DNA of 64,000 nt from Blepharisma stoltei ATCC 30299 (taxonomy: Eukaryota > Protista > Ciliophora), in assembly GCA_965603825.1 (NCBI GenBank), contig CBFDEM010000023.1, positions 558,001 through 622,000 on the forward strand, written 5' to 3'. Below, piece after piece: positions 37,338 to 50,197 of the stretch. The position numbers were made by a program, and so were the translations under genes. The notes under the pieces were generated by a model. That model searched no databases, was not told the DNA's origin, and saw only the letters and a program-made list of their open reading frames with translations. Each line of letters opens with the position of its first letter. The stretch's first letter is position 1.

Positions 37338-37411
37338 AGAAAAATGCTTATAATAAGCAATAAGTAGCCAGAATTAAATGCAAGGTTTGAAGCGATCATA
37401 AGCATTTTTCT
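37338..37411. repeat. Perfect 14-bp inverted repeat with 46-nt spacer
   Basis: AGAAAAATGCTTAT (37338-37351) and ATAAGCATTTTTCT (37398-37411). Confidence 0.7.
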
Positions 37412-38453
37412 TTGAGCGGAATCTTCAAAATCATCTAATCTAAAGAATTAATGCATACGCCAAACTTCAATAAAAATTTTAATACTCTTGATAAACCACA
37501 AGCCTAGAATAATTTGCTGAACATTTATAGGAAAATTTAATAAATGATCTTATTTTACAATTAAAATTAAGGCTATTGATGGTCTTTAATGTCTATGGTG
37601 TCTAAAATGATTAAAACTTCGTTTAAGCGTTGTTTAATCATATTAATGATAATTACTCCCTCTACGTGTTTTTATTGATTATTCACTTTTAATTGATTTT
37701 TGATAAGAGAAATGCAAATTAATAAAGCAGAATGCCATATTTTAAACTAAGTCATATAAAGAATATAATCCGATTGCAGTACACCCTATTCCAGAAAATT
37801 CTGACAATAATTAATTTAAGAATGAATTTACTGTATTTCTATAACGTCTTATTTTTCTGACTTTTTTCTTAAGCATAAGCATCTATTTTTAAGGAATCAT
37901 AAATCTACTGGTTTACTGCTTTAGCAAACTTCTATATCGATATTAACAAAATCTTAATAAGGGATTTAAATGATTTGAAAAAATATAATGCTTCAAACTA
38001 TTCATTACTTTTAAAAGACTCTACATTAAAGGGTAAGCCGCAAAATATAACCGTCTTAAAGATTATTTAAATATTTTTGATGATATTGAAAATTTTATTC
38101 CACCATAAATTAATTACATGAAAAGTAATTTTTTATTATAGCTTTTCGCCATAATGACTTTCCAAGTCTCCATATTATCAACCATTTAATAATATTTCAA
38201 TATTCGATTCTAGAATCCCTCTTCCATTTTAGTGGCGACTATATCGACCCTTTGCTCATTATTCGACCACAACACATTCAATTTCTGATATCCTTACATG
38301 TTTCACTGAGTCAGTAAATATATAAAAAATAAAAAAAAAATTCCAAGCTTGAAAGATTAAAACCAAGAAAAATCTAAGAAGATTTATAATTTCATGGTTA
38401 TAAAATTTTTTCAATTGATAAATAATTGTCATTCTTAAATTAGTTGTAAAAAT

Positions 38454-39032
38454 ATGACGAAGTTTGAGGCTATGAGCCACATGTTGATCAAAAAAATTTC
38501 AAATCAAGTTTCAGAGGTCCAGCATTTAGAAATATTTTCAGTAGAGCGACCTTTGTCAATCCATTTGTTTGCCTATCTTGAATACATTCAAGATGAACTT
38601 GACTGCTGCGATACAGTTTTTGCCTTAGCATACCTGTATATTGAAAAGCTACTTAAAAACTTCCCCAGGTTCGTGATAAACGCTTCCAACTTATTTAGGC
38701 TTACTTTTACAGCCCTAATAATTGCCTTAAAGTTTACTGAAGATAATAAGTTTCCTTATGAAGACCTTGCTAAACTTGGCCACATAAACGCCAAAGAGCT
38801 GTCAGTATTAGAAGAAGTTTTATTATCATCACTGAATTACGAACTTTGGGACGAAGAAATAGTAAAAAAGTCCCAAGACCTATTAAATGTATGAAACAAT
38901 TTCAACATATGCAGTGATACTGAATATGAAGAAGAATCAGAAGATGTAGGAAGCGAAAGTACAAATTTTACTGAAAGTTTTGACGATTTAAGTAACTTGT
39001 CAGAACTAAGTGCCTTTTTTACAGACATTTAA
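38454..39032 (+). CDS. Cyclin, PHO80/cyclin-U(P) type, with acidic tail; TGA=Trp at 38892
   Basis: LAYLYIEKL, NLFRL..ALIIALKFTED, ELSVLE..LL..LNYEL. The frame continues to TAA 39030-39032. Confidence 0.88.
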
Positions 39033-40117
39033 TGATAAAATATATTCTTTAATTTTGAGACGATTCTAATATATGTTCAGTAAATTCTACTATTTCCATA
39101 TATATTTGAAAATTAATATAATGGAGTTAAGATAATTTAAATATCTTATGATGTGGTTAAAAAATATTAATAAATTTTCTGTTTGAGTTTTGAATTTTGA
39201 ATAAAATTTTATAAGAAATTTTATATTGAAAGTGTCATAATGTGATGGCAAAAATTGAAAATTTTAAATATAAATTTATTCAATTTATTTAGTACTTACT
39301 AAAAATTGTAAAATCAGAATTCTTATTTGGGTGCTTTTATATATGTGGATATTTAGTTATATATTAGATATAAATAAACATTTTTTATATTTAAAAAGAC
39401 TGTAAAAATATGGCTTAGATTGTTTAAAATAACTGGTTTAACATAAAAAATACTTATCTATCCTAATATTTGGTTATATTCTGTATCCTACTAGCGTAAT
39501 TAGAAATAGAATTTAAAGAATACTAAAATCTTCTCAGAAATTAATATTTTTTAGGAATATTTAACAACTATATTCAAATAGAAATCAAATATATCAAAAG
39601 AAAATTTCTTTTATTGCAATTTGTCTAAAAAATCTATTTTCTGTTACCATATATATTTTATTCAAAAGCAATTCAAATTTCTCAAAAAATGAATTAAATG
39701 ATATGATTTTCTTTAAAGCTATATTTTTAAAATCCTCTTTATTTATTAAATTATTTCAATTAAGCAGAGCAACCTTAAAATTTTTAAGATATGGACTTAT
39801 CAATATTGTCCTTCCAGAATGCTATTTTCATATTTTATAAATAACAAATATTTTTATCATCCAAACAAAACTCTACCAGAAAATAAAAATACTATTCAGG
39901 CCAATTCTTTTAGTTATTTCTCATTCACATTCAAATTCTTTATTCCTTGCAATAAATTATAATAAATTCAGCCTAACCATTATGAATTTTTATTTTGATC
40001 ATATTTTACTTATCTATTTACAAGATCATAAATTTTTATTTGAATACAAAATGCAGCTTTTCGCATAGCAAGCATAATATTAAGCAGTTAAAAATATTGT
40101 TGTAAAACGACTTATAA

Positions 40118-41527
40118 ATGGTAATGGCATCTTCCGACCCTAAAGAAAGGCAAAAACTAATAGGAAAAATAAATGAATTCACATCTTTAAAAGCAAAAAA
40201 ACAATCCCCATGAATGGAATTTACAAACACATTGTTCATAATTGGGCAATCACATTTCGAGTTATTCTCAGTCTATATTATCAACATTTTACTCAGCTTG
40301 GACTACTACATATTGACAACCATGATACCACTTTATTTCACACAAGAACAAGGCACTTCTGATACCGCAGCAGGGGTTATTTTTGGCCTAGTAGGAATAG
40401 TGATTGGGATTTTCGCAATAATTTTAGGTCCAATAATAAACAGATTTGGCTGCAGAAAATCTTTGATTTGTGCTAGTGCTTTTACTTTAATTGGTTTTTT
40501 AATGGTTTTGAGCACTAGAAATTTGATAGTAAACCTAATAGCGAATATTTTATTTTTGTCAGTTGGCTGCGCGATGTCTTGGTCTTCAGTTGAACTTGGT
40601 GCAAAACTTTTTACAGTCGAAAAAGCAAGAAATACTAGTAATTCTCTTCTTATGATGGGGAATTTTTTTTCCGGAATCATTGCAGGGGTTTCTATTGATT
40701 GAATTTGGATCACTGATACAGATTTAGACCATGCATATTTTCTAATATATTTCACAGCTGCGGTGGCTGCTGGCTTATCATTGGTTGTATCTTTTACAAT
40801 AACTGATCCTACAGAAAATATAGAGGAGGAAGAAACTGAAGAAGTGCAATTTTCTTTTGAGCTATTTAAATCCAAAAAATTCATCAGATTTTCAGCACTA
40901 ATACTGTTAATTACAGTTCTCAGAAGTGGCTGCTTTGGACACTTAGACGCAACTTTTCCTAAGTATTTAGTAAGACAGTCTGGTGGTAAAGCTCATTTTG
41001 GGGCGTATTTAGCATTACATTCTATAACGATGCTGGTTGGAGCGTTAGGATTTACACCACTTGCCTTTGTGCTTTCTAGCTATGCGCTCATAGTAATTGG
41101 CGGCTTTTTGGGGGCAATTGCTCCATTGATTTTAGTTTTTGGGATGAATTCCATGTTTTGCATGATATTTGTGATAATTATTTCATGTGGTGAGTGTATA
41201 TGAATTCCTAGGCTTTTGGATTATACTGTAAAAATAGCTCCAAAAGGAACTGAAGGGATTTATTTAGCACTTTGTAATTGCCCGTTTTATTTTGCAATGA
41301 TTTTGACAGGAGTTTTTTCTGGAAGCTTATTGGAGGCGTATTGTCCTGAAGACGATAACTCAAATTGCTATAAAATGTGGTTTGTCATTGGGCTTAGTAC
41401 GATTTGTATCCCAATTATTTTGGTTATTTTTAGACCATGGCTAGAAGAGCCTGAAATGAAATCTGAGCTTGAATATGTGGTTATTAAAGAGCCAGAACTG
41501 AAATATGATAGAGTTTCTATGGGTTAA
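40118..41527 (+). CDS. MFS transporter, POT/PTR-like; TGA=Trp at 40211, 40700, 41201
   Basis: About 12 hydrophobic segments, G.IINRFGCRK loop motif, GECI(W)IPRLLDYT..IAPKGTEGIY. The start may instead be 40124. Confidence 0.88.
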
Positions 41528-41842
41528 TAATTTAAGAAATTTAATTTAATAAATTTTTTGTTTTCAATTAATAGAGAGATTTTTAAAAAATAGGGATGTA
41601 TAAATCTTAGTTTATTAGTAATTAAAAGATATCAGATTGTAAATTATTTTGGTGATATTTCAAAAATTTATATTTTTCAGCAAAGAGCCTATGGTTATCA
41701 TTAAAATTTACTTAAGAACCTAATTGATTAATATTTTAATAATAAGAATAATAAAAATCAGCATTTTATTAAAAATCTTTTGGATCCTTGGCGAACATAG
41801 TTTATCCGTTATTTCTTTCTTTTTTCCAAATAATTTTATAAT

Positions 41843-44800
41843 ATGGGCTGCGGAAATTCATCAATCTCACTCGTCAAAAAAAAGAAAGCTGAAATTGAAG
41901 AGTTAAAATTACAATGTGCAAAAGATGAAGAAATCATTGAGCTTAGAAAGCATGAAATTGTGCTTGATGAAATCGAGCCTGGTGAAAAATTAGAATTTTT
42001 AGCTTATCAGGAACAATTAAGAGCAAGAAATTTTTTGCAGTGCTTAAATCATTATGTTTCGCACTTACCTGAAAGTACAGCACTGCTAACAGAATCAATG
42101 TCCCTTGCAAATTCAACAGATCTAAACAGAGATTTTATACAAGTAAGACTAAAAGAGTCAGTAGCCGAAAACAAATATGCAAACATGCTTAATGAAACTT
42201 TAGAAGAGCTTATAGTAAAAAATGAAAAAATAAGATCTAAGATCCACGAACGCATCCACGACTTAGAAAATGATATGAAGCATTTTCCTTTGCTGTTAGA
42301 AGCCATAAATGAAATAAGAGAAAATGAAGATATGCTGAATGAAGATCCCGGGGATAATTTGACAATTCTGACAAATAAATTAAAAGAACGATGTGATAGG
42401 CTAACTCAAATAGAAATTATCCAAAGGATTTTTGACTATCAAGGGTGCATAAAATACATAAAAGACAAAAAAGAAGAAATTACTCAATTAGAACTTAAAA
42501 TAGAAGAGCTAACAGTTGAAAAAGAAGAACTTAAAATTACATGTGAAGGGGTAAAATCTGGAGAAATTTATTTTGAGCCTGAAGAAATCACATGGCTTAA
42601 TGATAAAATAAGCCAAAAAGAAACTGATATTTTAAAATACCAACAAAAAATTGAGGACTTATTGAATTCTATTGAAGAAAATAAAGAAATCCACAAATGA
42701 AAAGAAGATTTATTGCTAAAAGAAATAGAAACAAAAAATAAAGCTGAAGAGCTGAAAGAAAGCATCAAAACAATTGAAAAAGAAATCCAAGAAATCTCAT
42801 CAAAAAACAAAATTCTGTTTGATTTAAAAAAAGAAGAAGAAAAAGCTCTCCAAGATCAGTCAAATATTCTCCTTGACATAGAAAACCACGAAAACGCCAT
42901 CCAAAAATCCCAGCTTCTCATAAGCCAACAAATAAAACTAATGCACCAAGAAATCTCCATAAGGGACTTAAAAATCCTCGAAGCCAGAAACGAGCTAAAA
43001 TTGCTCGAAATCGAAAAAAAATACGAAAAAGAATTCACAGAAAATAAATTAAAAACTTTTATTATCAGCAGACTTTGCCAAGTCCAGCAGAAAATGCCTG
43101 AGCGAGCATTTAAAAGGTGGAGATGGATGACTGAGGTGAAGTGGATTGAAAAAGAAATGGAAGAAATCGACGACTTTGAAGTTGTCGAACAGATGGACGA
43201 AGGGATTTTCTTGAAGGAAGAAATGTTGTATTGGATGAATAAAAATCCGATTTTAATTGCATTGAGAGATGCTGGGATGGATAAAGAAAAACCTATGACT
43301 CCGCTGAATTTAATGAAATTTTTAGAAGATTTTATGGAGAAAAAGTATAAATCAGACCTTAAAGATATAGGGGACAGAAGAGAGCCGAGACAAATAGCTG
43401 AGTTCTTGTTAGAACATTTACAAAGAGTATTTGGGATACAAAAACTTGCTTTGAGACAGCTGTCGCAGATTATTCCGTCACTAAAAAGTTTGTTTGATAA
43501 TGGAAATCAGTATGCTACTTTTTATTGCAGATTGCTTCAACTCTATCACCCTTCCCCAGTTCCTTATCAGCTAGCTTTATTTTTAACTAAAGCTAGGATG
43601 ATATTTGCACCTCTTATTGAAAAATATGAAAAATCAGTTATATTCAAAAATAAAAACAAGACTGGCAAAGCAAAGGACAACCTCGACTACATTTACGCAG
43701 GAGGCTATGCTCAAATTTCTGACGCAATAGATTTAATATATACTATGTTTAGCAACGACAGAGAAAGCGGCACACAAACTTTGGAGCATCTAAAGCCTCC
43801 TAACGTTACTGACGAAGAATTCGTCATCTACAAAATCTGCCATCGTATGTCTAAGCTTGGGAAAACCCCTGAAGGCATTTTTAATATTCTTGATCGTGAT
43901 GGCGGAGGTAGCATTGACTGTATAGAATTTGTAAGAGGCACCTATAGCGCTTTAGATTTATGGATTTCTCAGAGCACAATTAAAAAACTTTTTGAGAAGA
44001 TTGATAAAGATGGCAGCGGAGACTTATCAAAAGATGAATTCTGCAAATGGATTAGTCTGAAGTATATGCAGGATTGCAATAAAAGTGACAGATTTTTGAT
44101 ATCAAAGGCAACGTTTTTGACAGCTTTAATTGAGGTTTATATGACGAGACAGAAAAAAGATACATTATTTTTAGACAAAGAAGTTCCAAAAGCTGATGCC
44201 TATGAATTTGATGCTTTTGAAGACATTATCAGAACTTATAGCAACACTCTAACATCTCAAAAACTTCAAGCCATTTATAATGACGCAAAAGCCATATGCA
44301 ACGACCAACCTCTCAATAGAAACGCAATCATCAGAATCATGCTCAGAAATGGTATCGGAAAATATGGCCTTGGACCATTTATTCTCCCTGAGGTAGCAGC
44401 TATATATACTGAAGACAGACCTCAAAAGCAAACTATTTTTGAATTAATGGGATATGGAGAACGAAAATCTGCAAGAAAACCCACATTGAGGATGTCAACT
44501 ATAAACACAGGTGAAACAAAGTCTCCAAATCGGTCTCCAAACAGTTCATTTATCATGCCTTCTTCGCTCGCTGGGCTTGCATCAAAAGCAATGTCAGGAA
44601 AACTATCAAGAGACAACTCAGGGGAATCAACGCCAAAAGCAGAATTCGACACTGTTACAAGAAGAGGAGCCCTTACATTGAGAAGCCGCGAGTCTACACC
44701 TAACCAGTCTTTTGTGTTTGATAGCCAACATTCTACACCAAAGCATTCACTCAATACTACAGTGACGAATAGCTTTAGCGGATTGGTAAGGAGAAATACA

Positions 44801-45010
44801 AGAAGTAGCGATAACAGAGGAACGACGCCGAAGGCAAGCATGCTTGAAGGGCTTAATAGAGCTTCAGAGAGGAATTTAGTAGCTCCAAGCTTACAAGAGA
44901 GTTTTAGTGAAATGGTAAAAAGTGCCTCGGGAGGTTTGCCACCTTTAAGACCGAGTGCTAGTGAAAAAGCTAGGCCTTCTAGAATTGGAGCACCACAGAA
45001 AAAAAAATAA
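41843..45010 (+). CDS. Putatively N-acylated (MGCGNS) coiled-coil EF-hand protein (about 1055 aa); TGA=Trp at 42698
   Basis: EF-hands DRDGGGSIDCIEF and DKDGSGDLSKDEF; two ORFs in frame across the TGA. Confidence 0.88.
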
Positions 45011-45051
45011 TAAGTAATGATATAAATTAATAAAATAAATCTAAAAAATAG

Positions 45052-45600
45052 TTATAAATTAAAATATCTCACAATAAAGCTGTATTGATTTTGGCTCTCT
45101 ACACAGCGTTTATCTCTTTTTTTCCTCACAAATTTGATAGCTTCATGAGGATTGCTAAAAACTCCTAGTCTTTTAAATAAGCAAGCCGCTATTAGTCCAG
45201 ATCTCCCAATTCCTCCTCTGCAGTGGATATCAATAAATTTCCCTTCATTTGCAAAATTTATTATAGGGAAAATTACTTGTTCGTCCATACTTTCAAATGA
45301 TTCAGGAACGCTCATTTCAATTATAGGATACTGTATAAGTGTAATATCAAGCCTTTTAGCGGAGTCTTGGTATACAGTTGGATTGACTCCTATTGATCGT
45401 AACTCATAATTGTTCAATAAACAAACAATTACAGAAACCCCGCGCGCCTTAAAATTTTCTAAATCTTCTACAATGCTCCTTTGGTGCACTTTTCCATCCC
45501 TTCCTTTTTTCAGGTTTTTCCCTGGACATTGAGATAACCCGAATTTCCCTCCGTTTTCATTTTCATGAAAAACACTAATTAAAATCTGGGTATTCTGCAT
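45052..45600 (-). CDS. CDKN3/KAP-like Cys-based protein phosphatase
   Basis: IHCRGGIGRSG, GLSQCPGK, CVES..Q. Confidence 0.88.
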   Translation of the reverse strand: MQNTQILISVFHENENGGKFGLSQCPGKNLKKGRDGKVHQRSIVEDLENFKARGVSVIVCLLNNYELRSIGVNPTVYQDSAKRLDITLIQYPIIEMSVPESFESMDEQVIFPIINFANEGKFIDIHCRGGIGRSGLIAACLFKRLGVFSNPHEAIKFVRKKRDKRCVESQNQYSFIVRYFNL

Positions 45601-45695
45601 ATTTACTATAAAATAAAGCCAATTTTCTATTTTTCTAAAACCCTAATTCTTATTAATATTCTTAATACCGTTCTAACCATATCTTAATATCATTT

Positions 45696-48662
45696 ATGAC
45701 TACTCATACCACCTTTGGCGTAAAAATCCTATCAGAATCTAAAGAATCAGAAGACTTCTGCCTTGTCCCACCTTTAGCGAAGCCAAGGAACAAGTCGTCT
45801 CCTTCTCAAAGTGTTAACAGTTCTAGAGAAGTCAATAAAGAAGACCTATCAGCTTTGTCAAGAGGCTTAAATCCTGTATCTGAGTCCGTTGAAAAATTTA
45901 TAGCAAGCTCTCAGCATACAGAAGAATTGTCCAGCAGTGAATGGTCAATGCGGGAAACCAGATCTGAACGAGGAGCCAGTGAAGATTCAAAAACGTCCAG
46001 ATCCCATTTTAAAAGGCATAGATATATGAGTGTCCCGAAAGACAAGCTAAATATGCAAAAGTTAAAGAAAAAGAATCTTGAAAAAAATAAGCTTGAGGAA
46101 GAGAAAGTCCCTGATTGAAAAAAAATTGATAAAGAAAATGAAACAATCAAAACCCAGACTCTCAGAACAATAGACGAGCGAGATGCAAATTTTGCAATAA
46201 ATTCATTGATGGTAGTTTCAAAACAAGAAGGCAAAAAAATTTCAAATTACTCAACACCTAAAAGGGTGCAAAGCCCTTTTTATGAAATTGTTAATGTAGA
46301 CGAAGACATACAGCCAGTAATATCTCAAGTTAATTATGATAAAACAAGCGAAGAAAAGAATTCAGAAGAAGCAAAAGGAATGAATATTCATATAGAAAAC
46401 CCGCCAGGGAGCTCAGACACCTCACAAGATTTATTAGATGCTTTACAAAATTTCAGACAAAGCTTGCAAAGTGCAGAAGAAACCAGCAGAGAAGACAGAA
46501 AAAGTTTGCCATCAGTAGAAGATTCAATGGAATTCAAAAAGTCGAAAATTTTAAATATCAGCAATTTAAATGAAAGTGATAGAGAAAGCTTGATAAGTGT
46601 CAGCACACCAAAATTTGCGTGTAAGCCTATAAGTTTTGATGAAAATCATAAAGAAGAGTCAATAATTGAGGAGATGCCAGAACTTATGCTAGAAGGAAGG
46701 TTTACAGGGCAAAACTCTGAAGAAAATAGTGTATTTTTAGGGATTGATAATAAGTTACTGTTCGCAAGGCCAAAAACTCAAGGAAATTTGTATAAAAATA
46801 GCAAGCCGAGTCTAAATGAGACACTTTTAAGAAGATCAATATCAGAAAGATCTCTGAATTTTGTGGAAAACAGGATTGATTCTGGTAAAATAGTTGAAAT
46901 TAAAAGCCCTGAAGAATTCACGTATGAAATACCTGTTATTCAGCCAATAGAAAAGAAAAATTTTGAAAATCAGGCAGCTCTTGACTCAAGTTTTCCAGCA
47001 AAAAATGAAAATTGAAGTGAGTCCGAGTATTTTTCGTCAAGTGATTATGGGTCTTGTGACGAAAAAAATAAAGAAAAAGAGCAAGATTCCTCATTAAGTC
47101 AAGCTAAAGTAGAAAAATCAGCAGAAAAATTAAATGAAATTGAGAAAGATTATACTTTTGAAAATAATCCAAAGTCTGGAGATAATTCAGCTTTAGAAGA
47201 AAATAAAGAAAATAGTGAAAATATTCAAGAAGAGGCTAAGTCTTTAGCAGAATCTTTTAAATCGGCAAAATCGTATGGCTCTTACTTAGAAGAAGAAATT
47301 CCTGTATTTTATAAACAAAAGTCAGCTGACTATGCAGCTGGGAGTCAAGATTATAACCCTTCTAATGTATTTTTCGCAGAAGCACAAATTATAAATGAAA
47401 TTGATATATCTGAATTTAATCTCCAAGACCCTAAAGAAGATTCTAAAATTATAAACCTCTCTTCAGTTGACCACGAAGTGCAGCCAGCTCAAGATCATTT
47501 AGATATAAGCCCTATCGCAATTGACCAAAAATCAATGATGGAATCTCTTAATAGTTCATTTGAAGAGGAAAAAATACCGAGAAACTCTGTAAGCGATACC
47601 GAATTTTATACTGCTAAAACAGACTTTTATACTGCAAAATCAATTAAAATAAGAGAGGTAGATAATGAAAGCTATGGAGAAGGTGAACCAGAAGAAAAAA
47701 TTTTTAACGTAAAAATTGCAGTTTCTGATGAACCTACAGGTGAGCCAGCAGAAAAATTTTCTAGCACAGAAAGTGCTATAACTAAAAAGAAATCTAAAGC
47801 AAAATATATGAGAATTCCTAGTCAGACTGAAAGTGAAGAAAATTTCAAAGAGCATGAGTCGTTCAAGACAACTGGGACTATGCCAAAATGCATTGAAATT
47901 GAAGAGCATAAGGATAGTTTGGAAGAAATTCAAGAGACTTTGACCTTTGAAGAAGCTTTAAAACATTTGTGGGGCATTCGTCTGGAATCAAATAGCCAGT
48001 TGTGGAGCGAAAAAGACTGGATTACTAAGATGTTTGGATGCTGTATAAAGGCAGGTGCCGATTTATCACAAAAAGAAGAAGCCCAATGTGAACAAATTTT
48101 GAAATTTTCCGCTCTAAAGTTCAACAAGCATGACCCATTTCATAAAGCATTACTTAACAGCTACTATATACTTTCCAGTGGAGACAATGATGGCACTATT
48201 AATATTGGGATTTGGAACTGCATAGGCTTTACCTCATCCTTCCCAGAAAATGACTTATATACTGACTGTGGTGCTTTTGGGATTTTGCAGCTTCTTTATT
48301 TTTCTAGTCACTTTAAATCATGTTTAAGTGATATTTTGATTCATTCTAGGATGCCACCTCATAATTTCTCACTTGTACGAATTTCTATCGAGATCTCAAA
48401 AATTTGTATAAATGAACTGAAAAATAAAAAACTTAACACTTTGATAAGAAAATCAAGCAATGCCTCTGAATCAATTTTTTTACTTTACGCAGGAATTCTG
48501 CTTTCTTGATTTGAGTTCTACACACATTATAACTTGACTGAAGAAGAAGTAAAACTGGCTTTTAAAAGTGCAAGTAATAAAGCTAGCAAAAAACCAGAAG
48601 AGCTTGTAAAATTAGCATCAAGAATGAAATCAAATGTAAAATTTATTAGAGATTCAGTTTAA
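45696..48662 (+). CDS. Long acidic disordered protein with C-terminal ELMO/CED-12 domain; TGA=Trp at 46116, 47013, 48507
   Basis: One frame to TAA 48660-48662. F...DPFH..LL..Y and WNCIGF...P..DL...G.FGILQLLYF. Confidence 0.8.
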
Positions 48663-48699
48663 TTTTAATATAACTATATAGAAGTAAATAGAAATAATA

Positions 48700-49851
48700 A
48701 TGGCGAAACTAATAAGTAGGATTGGCACGAACAAGGAAAAATTCATGTATGAGATATGGATTCATTCTATAACTATGACAATTCCTACAGATGCACACAT
48801 AAAAGTTTCTTGGAAGAGAAGTAAAATTTATTTAGGAAATAAAATTGCTGAGACATCAGGAGAAGCAGTTATGACGCAAGACAGCAAGCTCATTGAAGTA
48901 AATGAAATGATTTCTATGATCAATACACTCTACCAAAAAAGCTCAGGAAAATTCCTTGAAAAAGAAGCAAAACTTAACATTTTGTCTGAAATTAATGGAA
49001 AATCCAAAATCATAGGATATGTGAAGCTTAACTTAGTTGATTATTGTGATACTCCTATAAGAGAACACGCCTATCCAATTATTGGCTCAAAAGATAAAAA
49101 CGCTGAGATTTGCTTGTCTATCAAAGCAGAGCTTATTGACGATTCTTTATCTCCTCATAAGCATGAAAATGAAAGTTCTTCAAGTGAAGAGGAAGAAAAA
49201 GTAATTAAAATTGAAGAAAATGAAGGAGAGCTTGATAGAAAATTAGATGAAATTAATGTGATGGCAAAACAATTAGATGAGCTTAAAGAAGAATTAGACA
49301 AAATTAATAGTGAAAATGCGTTATTAGCGCATCAAGTAGATGATTTAAAGAAGATTGATGAAGAAAAATCCAAAAAAAATGCAGAAATCAAAGAAAAAAT
49401 TGAAAAAGCTAAAAATAAGAAAAAAATTCTTAAAGAAGAGTTCTCAGCACAAAAAAAAGCTATGCAAGTCCTTGCGGAATCTAAGCTTGAATTAACAGAA
49501 ACTCAGTAAGATTTATATAGTGAAAGTCTTTGTTTAATAAAAGAATGAAACGAAAAAGAAGCAGAAAGAGAAGCAGAATTAAAAGAAAAAATTATCGCGT
49601 TAGAAGAAGAAAAAAACACTGTTTCTAAGAAAAAACAAGAAATAGACACGGGAAGAATTAAAGAAATTGACGAAATGTGCAAATTAATGATTGAAATGAA
49701 GTAAAATTTATGCAGCGTGTTGATCGAAAATGAAATTGCAAGGCTGAAAGAAAAGAATTCAAAGAGAAAGGGGAATTTGCTTTCTGAAGAGGAAAGATTG
49801 TCAGCAGTGAGAAGATTTACAGTGATGACTCCTAAAAAGACTGATCCCTAA
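48700..49851 (+). CDS. NT-type C2 (EEIG1/EHBP1) domain plus coiled-coil protein; introns 49506-49520, 49701-49715, probably 48821-48835; TGA=Trp at 49546
   Basis: VSWKR, KFLEKEAKL, IGYVKLNLVDY. Both in-frame TAAs lie inside 15-nt GTAA..AG introns. Confidence 0.85.
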
Positions 49852-50093
49852 TTTCTAGTAATAAAACCTTAAATTAATTCTTGAAGTAAGGTTAAAGATT
49901 AAGCAATGAAGGGTTGAGATGTCAAAGCTCTAGAAAGTCTAAAGCAAAACCACAATAAATAATTAACATTCTAATTGATTAAAGATTAATAGTCTAAGTG
50001 GTGAATTATTATTGAAAATACCTAAAATCATTTTAAAGCTTTTCAACTGAAATAATATAGCAGAGAATGCATTGCTTTCTTAATTTGTCTTTA

Positions 50094-50153
50094 TAAAATC
50101 AGAATCATAGTTTTCATTAGCAGCAGCCAGGGATAACATGTTCATCATCCATT
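50094..50153 (-). ncRNA. snR38: Box C/D snoRNA, snR38/SNORD1-like (LSU rRNA 2'-O-methylation guide); ends approximate
   Basis: C box ATGATGA (50148-50142). Guide GTTATCCCTG (50137-50128) is complementary to LSU rRNA CAGGGAUAAC. D'-like CTGC, C'-like ATGAAAA, D box CTGA (50102-50099). Confidence 0.75.
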
Positions 50154-50197
50154 TATTATTATTACCATATCAGTCCATTATGGTTTATAAATTTAAT

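Noticed and set aside
49911-49963. Hairpin followed by ACA, a possible H/ACA RNA
   Set aside because: Spacing from pocket to ACA does not fit and there is no convincing H box or target.
50080-50178. 32-aa minus-strand ORF downstream of folD
   Set aside because: Better explained by the overlapping C/D snoRNA motifs.
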